This document shows, one piece after another, positions 1-7,673 of a stretch of 15,039 nt of DNA. The first letter of the stretch is position 1, and every line of letters begins with the position of its first letter. The notes beneath the pieces were generated by a model, which did not search any database, was not told the DNA's origin, and worked only from the letters and a program-made list of their open reading frames with translations. A program made the translations under genes and the position numbers. Source of the DNA: Pseudomonadota bacterium (GTDB lineage: Bacteria > Bdellovibrionota_B > Oligoflexia > Oligoflexales > RGVZ01); contig JBEGVZ010000066.1 in assembly GCA_041178085.1 (NCBI GenBank), forward strand, positions 1 to 15,039, in the 5' to 3' direction.

Positions 1-825
1 GTCGGCGGAACGGATGTTGTGAACTATAAGTTCAAAGTCGGTGTCAGTGGCACGACAGACTGTTCGAGCACAAGCGGATACGGCGCTTCCACACCTTCTG
101 GCTCAAAAATCAGCTCAGACATTTCAGGCCTTGCTGATGGCACGATAAGACTTTGCGTGATCGGTCAGGATTCGGTTGGTAACTGGCAGCCAGAGGCCAG
201 TGCGACGTCGTCGACTTGGACAAAAGACACCACAGCTCCGACGGCTTCTTTGTCTGGGCAACCGACCGGTAGTAGCAACACCACCCTGCTCAACGTGACT
301 GTTGGTGGAACCGGGGTAGTCAGTTACAAATTCAAAGTTGGAGTCAGTGGCAGTACAGATTGTACAAATGCAACGGGATACAGCGCTTCAATAGACGTTG
401 CCACCAAAATCACTTCCAGCATCTCCGGCCTGGCTGATGGCGCGGTAAAGCTCTGCGTCATCGGTGTCGATTCCGCAGGCAACTGGCAACTGGAATCCAA
501 CGCAACTTCCACAACGTGGACCAAAGACACGGCGGCACCGACAGCAACCCTTTCCGGTCAGCCCACTGGCACCAGCAGCACGACCACACTCAATGTGACT
601 GTGGGGGGAACGGGAGTTACCAGCTATAAGTTCAAAGTGGGAGTCAGCACTTCAACGGATTGCGCCAACACCACCGGATATAGCGGCCAAACGGCAGTCG
701 CTACAAAGATCACATCCAACATTTCAGGCCTCGCTGATGGGGATGTCAAGCTCTGTGTCATCGGGGCAGATGATGCTGGCAACTGGCAGACAGAGGCAAG
801 CGCAACATCTGCTACCTGGACCAAA
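1..825 (+). repeat. Intragenic tandem repeat, 300-bp (100-aa) period, about 2.75 copies visible
   Basis: AACTGGCA (N-W-Q) occurs at 181, 481 and 781, and the W-T-K codons at 217, 517 and 817. Each unit contains YKFKVGVS..TDC...GY...KI.S.ISGLADG...LCVIG.D..GNWQ. Confidence 0.97.
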
Positions 826-2613
826 TCTGGTGGCGGGGGTGGCGGAACCGGCAGTTATGTGTTCATGATCCCCCTTTGGGTCGACCTCGGGAATGTCGTG
901 GTTGTCAAACATGTCGTTAATGCTACCGGAAGCGATGCGTCCGGGACTTCGACGACTTCAACCGCGTTGGGAACACAGGGCGCCTCAACAGATACGCTTT
1001 CGCTGGCGATGGGTAGTGACGATAAAGCTTATGTTTTGTACCGGTCCTCAGTAGTGGGTCCGCGTAATAAATTAGCTTACAGGTCAGTCGATAGTGCTTC
1101 CCTCTCCATCGGCAGCGAAGTTGTGATCGATAATGTGGGGAATAGTTATACAGCGACCAGCGCCGACATCGCCATCAAGGAGTCCTATCCTTCAGGAAGC
1201 CTGCAGAGGGATATTCTCGTTTACTACTCTCATAATTATTTCGACGCCACATCCCGGGGCGCCAGGGAATCCTTGAACGGGGGAAATAGTACGGAGGTCA
1301 CCGAAATGATTCCGGAGGACAGCACCCCCGCCGTCGCGCCCTTTCCAGCAGAGCCAAAGAAGATACATTTGCGCGTCAATAGCATCGGCGATCGTGAGGT
1401 TTCTTATGTCAGTGAATCTGAGGTAAGCGGAAATATTAGTCGGATGGCAAGTCGCTTATATGACGATAATACAGCAGGGATCCAGAACTTTACCGATGCT
1501 CATGTTATTTGTGGGGCAAACGAAAACCTTGTTTCATTCCGTGCTCTGCCGCTGTCGCGGGGCGATGATACGGCAGTGGTCGGTGCTTGTGGCAACTCGC
1601 CTTCAACAAAGAAAGTAAGTCATAATATTGCGCGTTCTGCAGGCGGTTATTCTCCGCAGAAAAGTCGGGTATGGAACATCCCCCCCAGCGGTATAACCCT
1701 CACCGGATCAGACCCAGTTGATATGGTGGAGCGTGGAGCTGGCCTGGATTTATTCTTTATTGACGGTACGAGCGTCAAGGTTTGCGAGGGCGCTCATGAC
1801 GCCTCTTGCGACAATGGCTCCGGGTCGACTGTATTTACGGATGTAGGATTCACCAACGGTGACTTTCGCGCCGTGACGACAAGTGATGGCACAGTTTTTG
1901 TTTTCTATACAGAGTTTGACGTAGGCAAAGTGAAGGTGGTGCGGCGCCTTGCCGACGGAACCTGGTCGGCTGCACATACCGTTTTTAGCGACAACTCCAA
2001 CCCAGCAGTAGTCCTGGGAAAACGTATCGGCGTCGTGGGGGTCCCTGCCAACAGCAACTGGGCACCCCGCCATACCATGTTTGTCAGTTCGCTCACTCAC
2101 ATTGGTGACATGACCGGGATTGATGCCACAACGTTTGTACCATTCCCTGGTGTTTCGCCCGACGTGCTTTGTCGTAAGTATGCCGTTGGTGCGCGGTTGC
2201 CGCGGGCGAACAGCACAGTTGCATTGATTGGCTCCACTACCGAGTCAATTTCAACGCATGTCGGGACTTTGGCGGCTGACGTTTATTCGAACGAGTCAAA
2301 TCCCCAGCTAGTTAAAAATAAAGCTTCCTTCTTCAATGCAAGTGACTCAAATCACCCCGACACAGCTCGCTATGTGACTGAAGGCGGGGCATCCGTAGAA
2401 ACTGCCCCTAACACATTTAATATCTGGGCAGGTGCGAGTGGCAATGCACCAGGCGCGGAGTCCTGTAATTCTGGATCAGCTTGGTCGACTGGTGATACAG
2501 GAAGCAATGGTGTGCCCCTCACGCTTGGTACGGGTAATTGGCTTTTTCCAAGTTCTGGGCTGACAGCAATTGAGTGTAGCGTTGACCAACGGATTTTATG
2601 CTTGACGAAGTGA
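1..2613 (+). CDS. Large repetitive surface/adhesin-like protein, 5' truncated: Ig-like 100-aa repeats, Gly linker, beta-propeller-like region, C-terminal endostatin/DUF1554-like domain
   Basis: Frame 1 is open from base 1 (V-G-G-T-D-V-V-N-Y-K) to TGA at 2611-2613, so the track start at 19 is internal. It has Ser/Thr/Gly-rich tandem repeats with DTxAPT boundaries and an SGGGGGGTG linker at 826-852. The terminal domain (about 2068-2610) reads MFVSS..HIGDM...DVLC...SCNSGSAW...ECSVDQRILCL. Confidence 0.85.
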   Translation, partial: VGGTDVVNYKFKVGVSGTTDCSSTSGYGASTPSGSKISSDISGLADGTIRLCVIGQDSVGNWQPEASATSSTWTKDTTAPTASLSGQPTGSSNTTLLNVTVGGTGVVSYKFKVGVSGSTDCTNATGYSASIDVATKITSSISGLADGAVKLCVIGVDSAGNWQLESNATSTTWTKDTAAPTATLSGQPTGTSSTTTLNVTVGGTGVTSYKFKVGVSTSTDCANTTGYSGQTAVATKITSNISGLADGDVKLCVIGADDAGNWQTEASATSATWTKSGGGGGGTGSYVFMIPLWVDLGNVVVVKHVVNATGSDASGTSTTSTALGTQGASTDTLSLAMGSDDKAYVLYRSSVVGPRNKLAYRSVDSASLSIGSEVVIDNVGNSYTATSADIAIKESYPSGSLQRDILVYYSHNYFDATSRGARESLNGGNSTEVTEMIPEDSTPAVAPFPAEPKKIHLRVNSIGDREVSYVSESEVSGNISRMASRLYDDNTAGIQNFTDAHVICGANENLVSFRALPLSRGDDTAVVGACGNSPSTKKVSHNIARSAGGYSPQKSRVWNIPPSGITLTGSDPVDMVERGAGLDLFFIDGTSVKVCEGAHDASCDNGSGSTVFTDVGFTNGDFRAVTTSDGTVFVFYTEFDVGKVKVVRRLADGTWSAAHTVFSDNSNPAVVLGKRIGVVGVPANSNWAPRHTMFVSSLTHIGDMTGIDATTFVPFPGVSPDVLCRKYAVGARLPRANSTVALIGSTTESISTHVGTLAADVYSNESNPQLVKNKASFFNASDSNHPDTARYVTEGGASVETAPNTFNIWAGASGNAPGAESCNSGSAWSTGDTGSNGVPLTLGTGNWLFPSSGLTAIECSVDQRILCLTK

Positions 2614-2618
2614 GCCAC

Positions 2619-2640
2619 CGCTTGGAAAAACCCAGCGTTT
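2619..2640. terminator. Possible weak intrinsic terminator hairpin between convergent genes
   Basis: CGCT(T)GG-AAAAAC-CCAGCG followed by TTT, starting 6 nt after the stop of the surface-protein gene. The stem is bulged and the U tract is short. Confidence 0.3.
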
Positions 2641-2718
2641 GCGCTTCCCATCCAGTGCTCCGGGAACTGTCTAACCCAGGACTGAATCTCGTTGGCGCAG
2701 AGTTGCAACACACCCGCG

Positions 2719-4500
2719 CTAACTGGGGGGCAGGTCCTGTTCCGCCTCGGCCAAGACTTCCTTTTCATCAAGCTTGCGGAATAGAGCCGCGGGCTCACGC
2801 AGTGTCTGGCCGGCAGGCAGCTCCACCGCCTTCCATGATCCTGACGCGCCGTGATGGTTGTACATCATGACCGTGTGCTTGCCGTGGGCATCCTTGATTT
2901 CGCGACGCTCTAGCGTCCCGGCCAGGTGGCCCTCAAAGCCAAGATACTCATGAATCATCTGGCTACTGAATGGCAGGATTGGTGCCCACAGGACCTTCAG
3001 CCACTCAATGCACTGCAAGGCAACGTAAATGGCTGTCGCAGCACCCTGCTCGTCCGTCTTGATCATGGTCCAAGGCGCCTTGTCGCTCAGGTACTGATTC
3101 ACCTTCTGGCTCAATGCGCGGACTTCCTCAAGGGCGCTGCGTAACTTGACCCCTTGATAAAGGGCGCCGACCGAATCAAAACCTGATTTGACGGCGGCAA
3201 GCAATTCCTGCCCTGCCGGGTCGATCACGCCAGGCTGCGGCACTTTGCCACCGAAACGCTTGTAGGCAAAACCAAGGACGCGGTTAACTAGGTTGCCCCA
3301 GTTGGCCACAAGCTCGCTGTTGACGCGCTCCAGGAAATCATCCCACGTAAAATCTGCATCAGCAGATTCCGGCGCAATGGCACAAAGAACGTAACGCCAC
3401 GCATCGGCCTGGTACTTCTCGAGGACCTTATTCATGAAGATGGCGTTGCCGCGGCTCTTGGAAAACTTCCGCCCGTAACTGTTCAGGTATTCATTCGCAG
3501 GAACATCGTAGGGCAGGTTCATACCCCCGTAACCGATGAGCATGGCCGGCCACATCATCGCATGGAACGTGATGTTGTCCTTGCCAATGAAGTAATAGCT
3601 CTTGGTTCCCTCACCTGCCCCAGGGTTTTTCCAAAAGCGTTCCCAGGCTATGGCTTCCTGACCGCGGATCCTGGCCCACTCACGTGACGCACTGAAGTAG
3701 CCGATGACGGCCTCATACCAGACATAGAGGCGCTTGCCTTCGTATCCCGCCACCGGGATCGTCACGCCCCATTCGATATCCCGTGTGATCGCACGACCGT
3801 GCAGGTCGCGCTTTTCAAGTTGCGCCTTCGTGAAATTCAACACATGAGGGCGCCAGTGACTTTTTTCTCCGTCGTTGATCCACTCGATGAGCGGCTCATT
3901 CAACTTGCCCAGGTCCAGGAAGAAATGTTCCGTATCCCGCACTTCAAGCGCCGTTGATCCACTAACTTTTGAACGGGGATTCTTCAGCTCGACCGCCTCG
4001 TAGGTTTTGCCACACTGGTCGCACTGGTCGCCCCGTGCATCAATGAAACCACAGTGGGGGCAGCTCCCTTCGACGTAACGATCAGGCAAGAACCGTCCCG
4101 CCTTTGGATCGAAAATCTGCTTAGTCACCTGCGTGTAAATGTATCCGCGTTCCACGTGACGCTTAAACATATCGTGCACGACGGAGAAATGATTTTCGGT
4201 CATGGTCGTCGTGTAGAGATCAAAAGTGATCCCCATCTTCTCGAAGCTGGCGATGAAGCGGTCGTGATATTTTTCGACCACTTCGCGCGGCGTAATACCT
4301 TCTGCATCGGCGCTCACTGTGATGGGCGTTCCGTGGGAATCGGACCCGCTGACCATCAGAACGTCGTTGCCCTTCAGGCGGTGATAACGCGCAAAAATGT
4401 CAGGCGGCAAAAGCGCCCCGGCATAGTGCCCCAGGTGGGGCTCATTGTTGGCGTATGGCCACGCAACCCCGATCAGGATCTTCTCTTTTACAGCTGCCAC
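2719..4500 (-). CDS. metG: Methionyl-tRNA synthetase (class I), without the C-terminal tRNA-binding/dimerisation domain
   Basis: WPYAN..HLGH (HIGH motif), [10 protein letters not shown], Zn knuckle CPHC...[32 protein letters not shown] and KFSKSRG (KMSKS motif); 593 aa. The GTG start is fixed by an in-frame TGA two codons upstream. Confidence 0.97.
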   Translation of the reverse strand: MAAVKEKILIGVAWPYANNEPHLGHYAGALLPPDIFARYHRLKGNDVLMVSGSDSHGTPITVSADAEGITPREVVEKYHDRFIASFEKMGITFDLYTTTMTENHFSVVHDMFKRHVERGYIYTQVTKQIFDPKAGRFLPDRYVEGSCPHCGFIDARGDQCDQCGKTYEAVELKNPRSKVSGSTALEVRDTEHFFLDLGKLNEPLIEWINDGEKSHWRPHVLNFTKAQLEKRDLHGRAITRDIEWGVTIPVAGYEGKRLYVWYEAVIGYFSASREWARIRGQEAIAWERFWKNPGAGEGTKSYYFIGKDNITFHAMMWPAMLIGYGGMNLPYDVPANEYLNSYGRKFSKSRGNAIFMNKVLEKYQADAWRYVLCAIAPESADADFTWDDFLERVNSELVANWGNLVNRVLGFAYKRFGGKVPQPGVIDPAGQELLAAVKSGFDSVGALYQGVKLRSALEEVRALSQKVNQYLSDKAPWTMIKTDEQGAATAIYVALQCIEWLKVLWAPILPFSSQMIHEYLGFEGHLAGTLERREIKDAHGKHTVMMYNHHGASGSWKAVELPAGQTLREPAALFRKLDEKEVLAEAEQDLPPS

Positions 4501-6422
4501 AGGTCACCGCATTCGCCTTTTAGGTACTCAACAAATTTCGCAACGCTCATCGCCGGCAGGTTTTTGCCGTCGTGGAAGCGCGCCGTCACTTCACCCGTCT
4601 GCTGTTCTTTGTCACCAACCACCAGCATGTAGGGCGTTTTCAGGAGCTGCGCCTCGCGAATCTTGTAGCCAAGCTTCTCGCGCCTTGCGTCAATCTCAAC
4701 ACGTACGCCGGCTGCTTTCAGCTCAGCGTAAACTTTTTCCGCGTATTCGCGCTGGTCTTCAGAGACGTTGACCACACGCGCATGAACTGGAGCCGCCCAC
4801 AGCGGAAAGTGCCCGGCGTAGTGCTCGATGAAAATACCGAGGAATCGTTCAATGCTACCCAGCACGGCTCGGTGAATCATCACCGGCGTATGCATCTTGT
4901 CGTCGCTGCCGACGTATTCCAGGCCAAAGCGTGCCGGCATGGAAAAGTCCAGCTGTACCGTCCCGCACTGCCAAGTCCGCCCGATGCTGTCGACCAGGTG
5001 GAAGTCGATCTTGGGTCCGTAGAAAGCCCCGTCGCCCGGATTCAGCTTGTAGGCCTGACCACGCTTTTCCAGCGCATTTTGCAAGGCCGTCTCTGCGACA
5101 TTCCAGACCTGATCTGAACCAATCGACTTTTCCGGCCGGGTCGAAAGTTCGACCTTGTACTCGCTGAATCCAAGACCCTTGTATGCCCGGTCGATCTGAT
5201 CGAGGATCTGGTTGATCTCCTGCCCGATCTGTTCCGGTGTGCAGAACACATGGGCGTCGTCCTGAGTAAACGAACGCACGCGCATGAGTCCGTGAGTAAC
5301 GCCGCTTCGTTCGTGACGGTGCACGCGTCCAAACTCGGACAGGCGCAGCGGCAACTCCCGGTAGCTGTGACGGTCGCTCGCATATACCAGGCAGTGGCCA
5401 GGGCAATTCATGGGCTTGACGGCTGCTTCGTTTTCGTCGACCTGGGTGAAGTACATGTTCTCGCGGTAGTTGTCGTAGTGGCCGGATTTGTGCCAGAGCT
5501 CGACGTTCATCACGAGCGGCGTTCCGACTTCGTTGAAGCCAAAATCCGTGTTCGAACGGCGCATGAATTTCACCAGCGAATTGAAGAGAGCATATCCCTT
5601 CGCGTGAAAGAACGGATGGGCCGGTGCTTCCTTGTGGAAACTAAACAGCCCTAGCTGCTTGCCAAGGACCCGGTGATCCCGCTTTTTCGCTTCTTCAAGG
5701 CGGTTCAAATAAGCTTCAAGCTGGGCCTTGTCCCCCCAGGCAGTCCCGTAAATCCGCGTCAGCTGGGCATTTTTTTCGTCCCCACGCCAGTAAGCGCCGG
5801 CAACACTCGTCAGCTTGAAGGCGCCCAGCTTCCCGGTCGAAGGCACGTGCGGACCGACACAAAGGTCAAACCATCCGCCCATCTTGTAGACCGAAATCTC
5901 CACATCCTTGGGCAGGTCCTGGATGATTTCGACTTTGAAGAGTTCTCTTATTTCCTTGAAAGTCTTGATTGCTTCGTCACGCGTCACGACCTCGCGCGCA
6001 ACGGGAAAGTCATTTTTTACGATTGCCTGCATCTCGGCTTCGATCTTAGGGAAGTCAGCCTCGTTAACCTTCACCCCGGCTGGAAACAGGAAATCGTAGT
6101 AAAAACCGTTGTCAATGACTGGGCCGATCGTGACCTGTGTCCCCGGGTAAAGCTTCTGAACAGCCATCGCCATCAGGTGGGCCGTCGTGTGGCGGATCAC
6201 ATCCACGCCTTCTTCGTTCTTGGCCGTTAAAAAGTTTACTGCAGCGTCACCAGTGAGTGGCGCCGCCATGTCCTTCATCTGCCCATTGACTCTGGCAGCA
6301 AGAGCCGCGCGGGCAAGACCCGCACCAATGCTCTTGGCGACGTCGTTCAGCGACGTGCCAGCCGGGTATTCACGCTGGGAACCATCGGGCAATGTGACTT
6401 TAACGGGAGTTGCAGGTGACAT
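4488..6422 (-). CDS. thrS: Threonyl-tRNA synthetase (class II)
   Basis: N-terminal TGS domain (VTLPDGS), editing domain HTTAH / [76 protein letters not shown] and an anticodon-binding C-terminus ([10 protein letters not shown]). Confidence 0.99.
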   Translation of the reverse strand: MSPATPVKVTLPDGSQREYPAGTSLNDVAKSIGAGLARAALAARVNGQMKDMAAPLTGDAAVNFLTAKNEEGVDVIRHTTAHLMAMAVQKLYPGTQVTIGPVIDNGFYYDFLFPAGVKVNEADFPKIEAEMQAIVKNDFPVAREVVTRDEAIKTFKEIRELFKVEIIQDLPKDVEISVYKMGGWFDLCVGPHVPSTGKLGAFKLTSVAGAYWRGDEKNAQLTRIYGTAWGDKAQLEAYLNRLEEAKKRDHRVLGKQLGLFSFHKEAPAHPFFHAKGYALFNSLVKFMRRSNTDFGFNEVGTPLVMNVELWHKSGHYDNYRENMYFTQVDENEAAVKPMNCPGHCLVYASDRHSYRELPLRLSEFGRVHRHERSGVTHGLMRVRSFTQDDAHVFCTPEQIGQEINQILDQIDRAYKGLGFSEYKVELSTRPEKSIGSDQVWNVAETALQNALEKRGQAYKLNPGDGAFYGPKIDFHLVDSIGRTWQCGTVQLDFSMPARFGLEYVGSDDKMHTPVMIHRAVLGSIERFLGIFIEHYAGHFPLWAAPVHARVVNVSEDQREYAEKVYAELKAAGVRVEIDARREKLGYKIREAQLLKTPYMLVVGDKEQQTGEVTARFHDGKNLPAMSVAKFVEYLKGECGDLWQL

Positions 6423-6433
6423 GATGGGGACTG

Positions 6434-6487
6434 ACCTCCTGATTGCCTGGCGCGACAGGACAATACGGAGCCCCCCCGGACAGACAA
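6434..6487 (-). promoter_or_regulatory. thrS Shine-Dalgarno site and candidate sigma70 promoter
   Basis: On the minus strand, AGGAGG (6440-6435) lies 12 nt before the ATG. TTGTCT (6487-6482), a 16-nt spacer and TATTGT (6465-6460) form a possible promoter. The SD is clear; the promoter is tentative. Confidence 0.45.
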
Positions 6488-6506
6488 AAGATGAGGCGAA
6501 AATCTA

Positions 6507-6854
6507 TCAGCGGCTGAAGATATCGGCAAGGATGTAGGGACCGCGCTCGATGAAGGGTTCCGCATTCTCGAAACCCAGGTCGGCAGCGGCCAGGGCGACG
6601 TCGACGCAGTCAATGGCATCCCCGGGTTCGAAATCCTGGGCGAGGGCCTCCGTCACGTGGCCGTACAAGAGGAAATCACAGGCTTCGTCCGCTGCAATCC
6701 CGACGGCAGCCAGGTCATCCAGAGTCAGGCCAAACGGCGCCGTCAATCCGGCGACCGTCAGGGGTTCGTTGCTGCAACCTTCCATCATGCGGAGGTAGTC
6801 GCGCAGCGGAAGCTGCAGTTTGAGCGAGTAGGTTTTGTTCGTTGATGCCGTCAT
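6507..6854 (-). CDS. Small acidic hypothetical protein (115 aa)
   Basis: The ORF fills the gap upstream of thrS with host-like G/C-ending codons. I prefer the ATG at 6854 (MTASTNKTY) over the track start at 6953, which lies in an AT-rich intergenic-looking stretch. It ends TGA TAG. Confidence 0.7.
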   Translation of the reverse strand: MTASTNKTYSLKLQLPLRDYLRMMEGCSNEPLTVAGLTAPFGLTLDDLAAVGIAADEACDFLLYGHVTEALAQDFEPGDAIDCVDVALAAADLGFENAEPFIERGPYILADIFSR

Positions 6855-7008
6855 GGAGAAAGATTCGGCACCGCTGGGCGGGACTTGAAAACAACGCCCG
6901 AAAAGGTTGCCGTCGCGGCGATCTAACAGCCCGTTTTGACTAGATAATAACAAATTAAAAAAGAAACCCGGGAAGGTCCCACACGCGGCGGCGTACCGGA
7001 TAGAAGAA

Positions 7009-7605
7009 TCACTCCGGCCTGACGTTGTGAACTTCCAGCTGGACGGCGAAGTTTTCCTCGTCGCCGAAACTGAAGTTAGCCGTGAGGGGGCTGTGCGTAT
7101 CGCGGATGCCGATCGATACCGGCTTGCTCATGGCGTTGGCAACCTGGGCGGATTGGGCTTTACCCATGTCTTCCGCACGGGGCAGGATCCCCAGCAAAGC
7201 CGCCAGATCGGCTTCGTTGGTCAGAATGGACATGTCGGGAGTGGGCTGCTGGACCTGCACCTTGGCCCGCGGCGAAATCAGTACCAGACTGCCGTCGTTG
7301 CGCCGCCACAGGTGCCAGACTTCCCGGAAATTCTCATTCCGGCTGGTCGCACCGTAGGCTGTCACTTTCGACCGGACCATGCTCCAACCCACTTCGATTC
7401 TTGCTGATTCAGGAATTCCCGACTTTGCGCTCACGGTTCGGGCCGGGGAGTCTTTTACGCCCGATTTCGCGGCCCCCTTCGCGGCGGAGGATGCTTTCCT
7501 GGGCGGCGTAGCAGCCCACGCGCTCCCTTCCAGTCCACCCGGCGACGAGCCTGGAAGGTACAGAAGGGTGCTAAAAATCAAGCAAAAAAGCGTCCTCAAA
7601 TACAC
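7009..7605 (-). CDS. Exported hypothetical protein (198 aa)
   Basis: A GTG at 7605 with GAGG 7 nt upstream gives a signal-peptide-like N-terminus (MYLRTLFCLIFSTLLYL...SAWA|A), an Ala/Lys/Ser-rich linker and a beta-rich C-terminal domain. The longer track start at 7818 would overlap the divergent gene. Confidence 0.7.
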   Translation of the reverse strand: MYLRTLFCLIFSTLLYLPGSSPGGLEGSAWAATPPRKASSAAKGAAKSGVKDSPARTVSAKSGIPESARIEVGWSMVRSKVTAYGATSRNENFREVWHLWRRNDGSLVLISPRAKVQVQQPTPDMSILTNEADLAALLGILPRAEDMGKAQSAQVANAMSKPVSIGIRDTHSPLTANFSFGDEENFAVQLEVHNVRPE

Positions 7606-7606
7606 G

Positions 7607-7673
7607 GATAAGCCTCGATAAGCAGTCAACTTTTTGTGACTTATAATGTACCATCCAACAAGACAAGTCCGAA
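7607..7673. promoter_or_regulatory. Divergent promoter region with overlapping -10 elements
   Basis: Plus strand: TATAAT at 7642-7647. Minus strand: extended -10 TGgTACATT (7653-7645), with TTCGGA (7673-7668) 17 nt upstream. There is also a dyad AGTCA-N8-TGACT (7624-7641) and a direct repeat GATAAGC at 7607 and 7617. Confidence 0.5.

Noticed and set aside
324..824. Two similar minus-strand ORFs (324-530, 624-824)
   Set aside because: They are antisense shadows of the 300-bp coding repeat, and their similarity is explained by the plus-strand gene.
1..825. Regularly spaced repeats as a CRISPR array or DGR template/variable repeat pair
   Set aside because: The units are in-frame protein repeats with no unique spacers. 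Differences are not restricted to adenines, and no cas or reverse transcriptase gene is in the window.
4488..4530. Programmed frameshift producing a ThrRS-MetRS fusion
   Set aside because: The metG frame has a TGA two codons upstream of its GTG, leaving only a few codons for a shift, and there is no canonical slippery heptamer before the thrS stop. Translational coupling is simpler.
2926..6537. Many 60-190 aa alternative-frame and antisense ORFs over metG and thrS
   Set aside because: They lie almost entirely on top of well-supported synthetase genes and have no recognisable motifs, as expected for GC-rich coding sequence.
6855..7008. Structured ncRNA or terminator in the intergenic region (short hairpins TACGC/GCGTG and GGGA/TCCC before a T-rich tract on the minus strand)
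   Set aside because: The stems are only 4-5 bp and match no SRP, 6S, tmRNA, T-box or riboswitch consensus that I recognise. It may be a weak terminator plus an extended -10 (TGtTATTAT), but this is not supportable.
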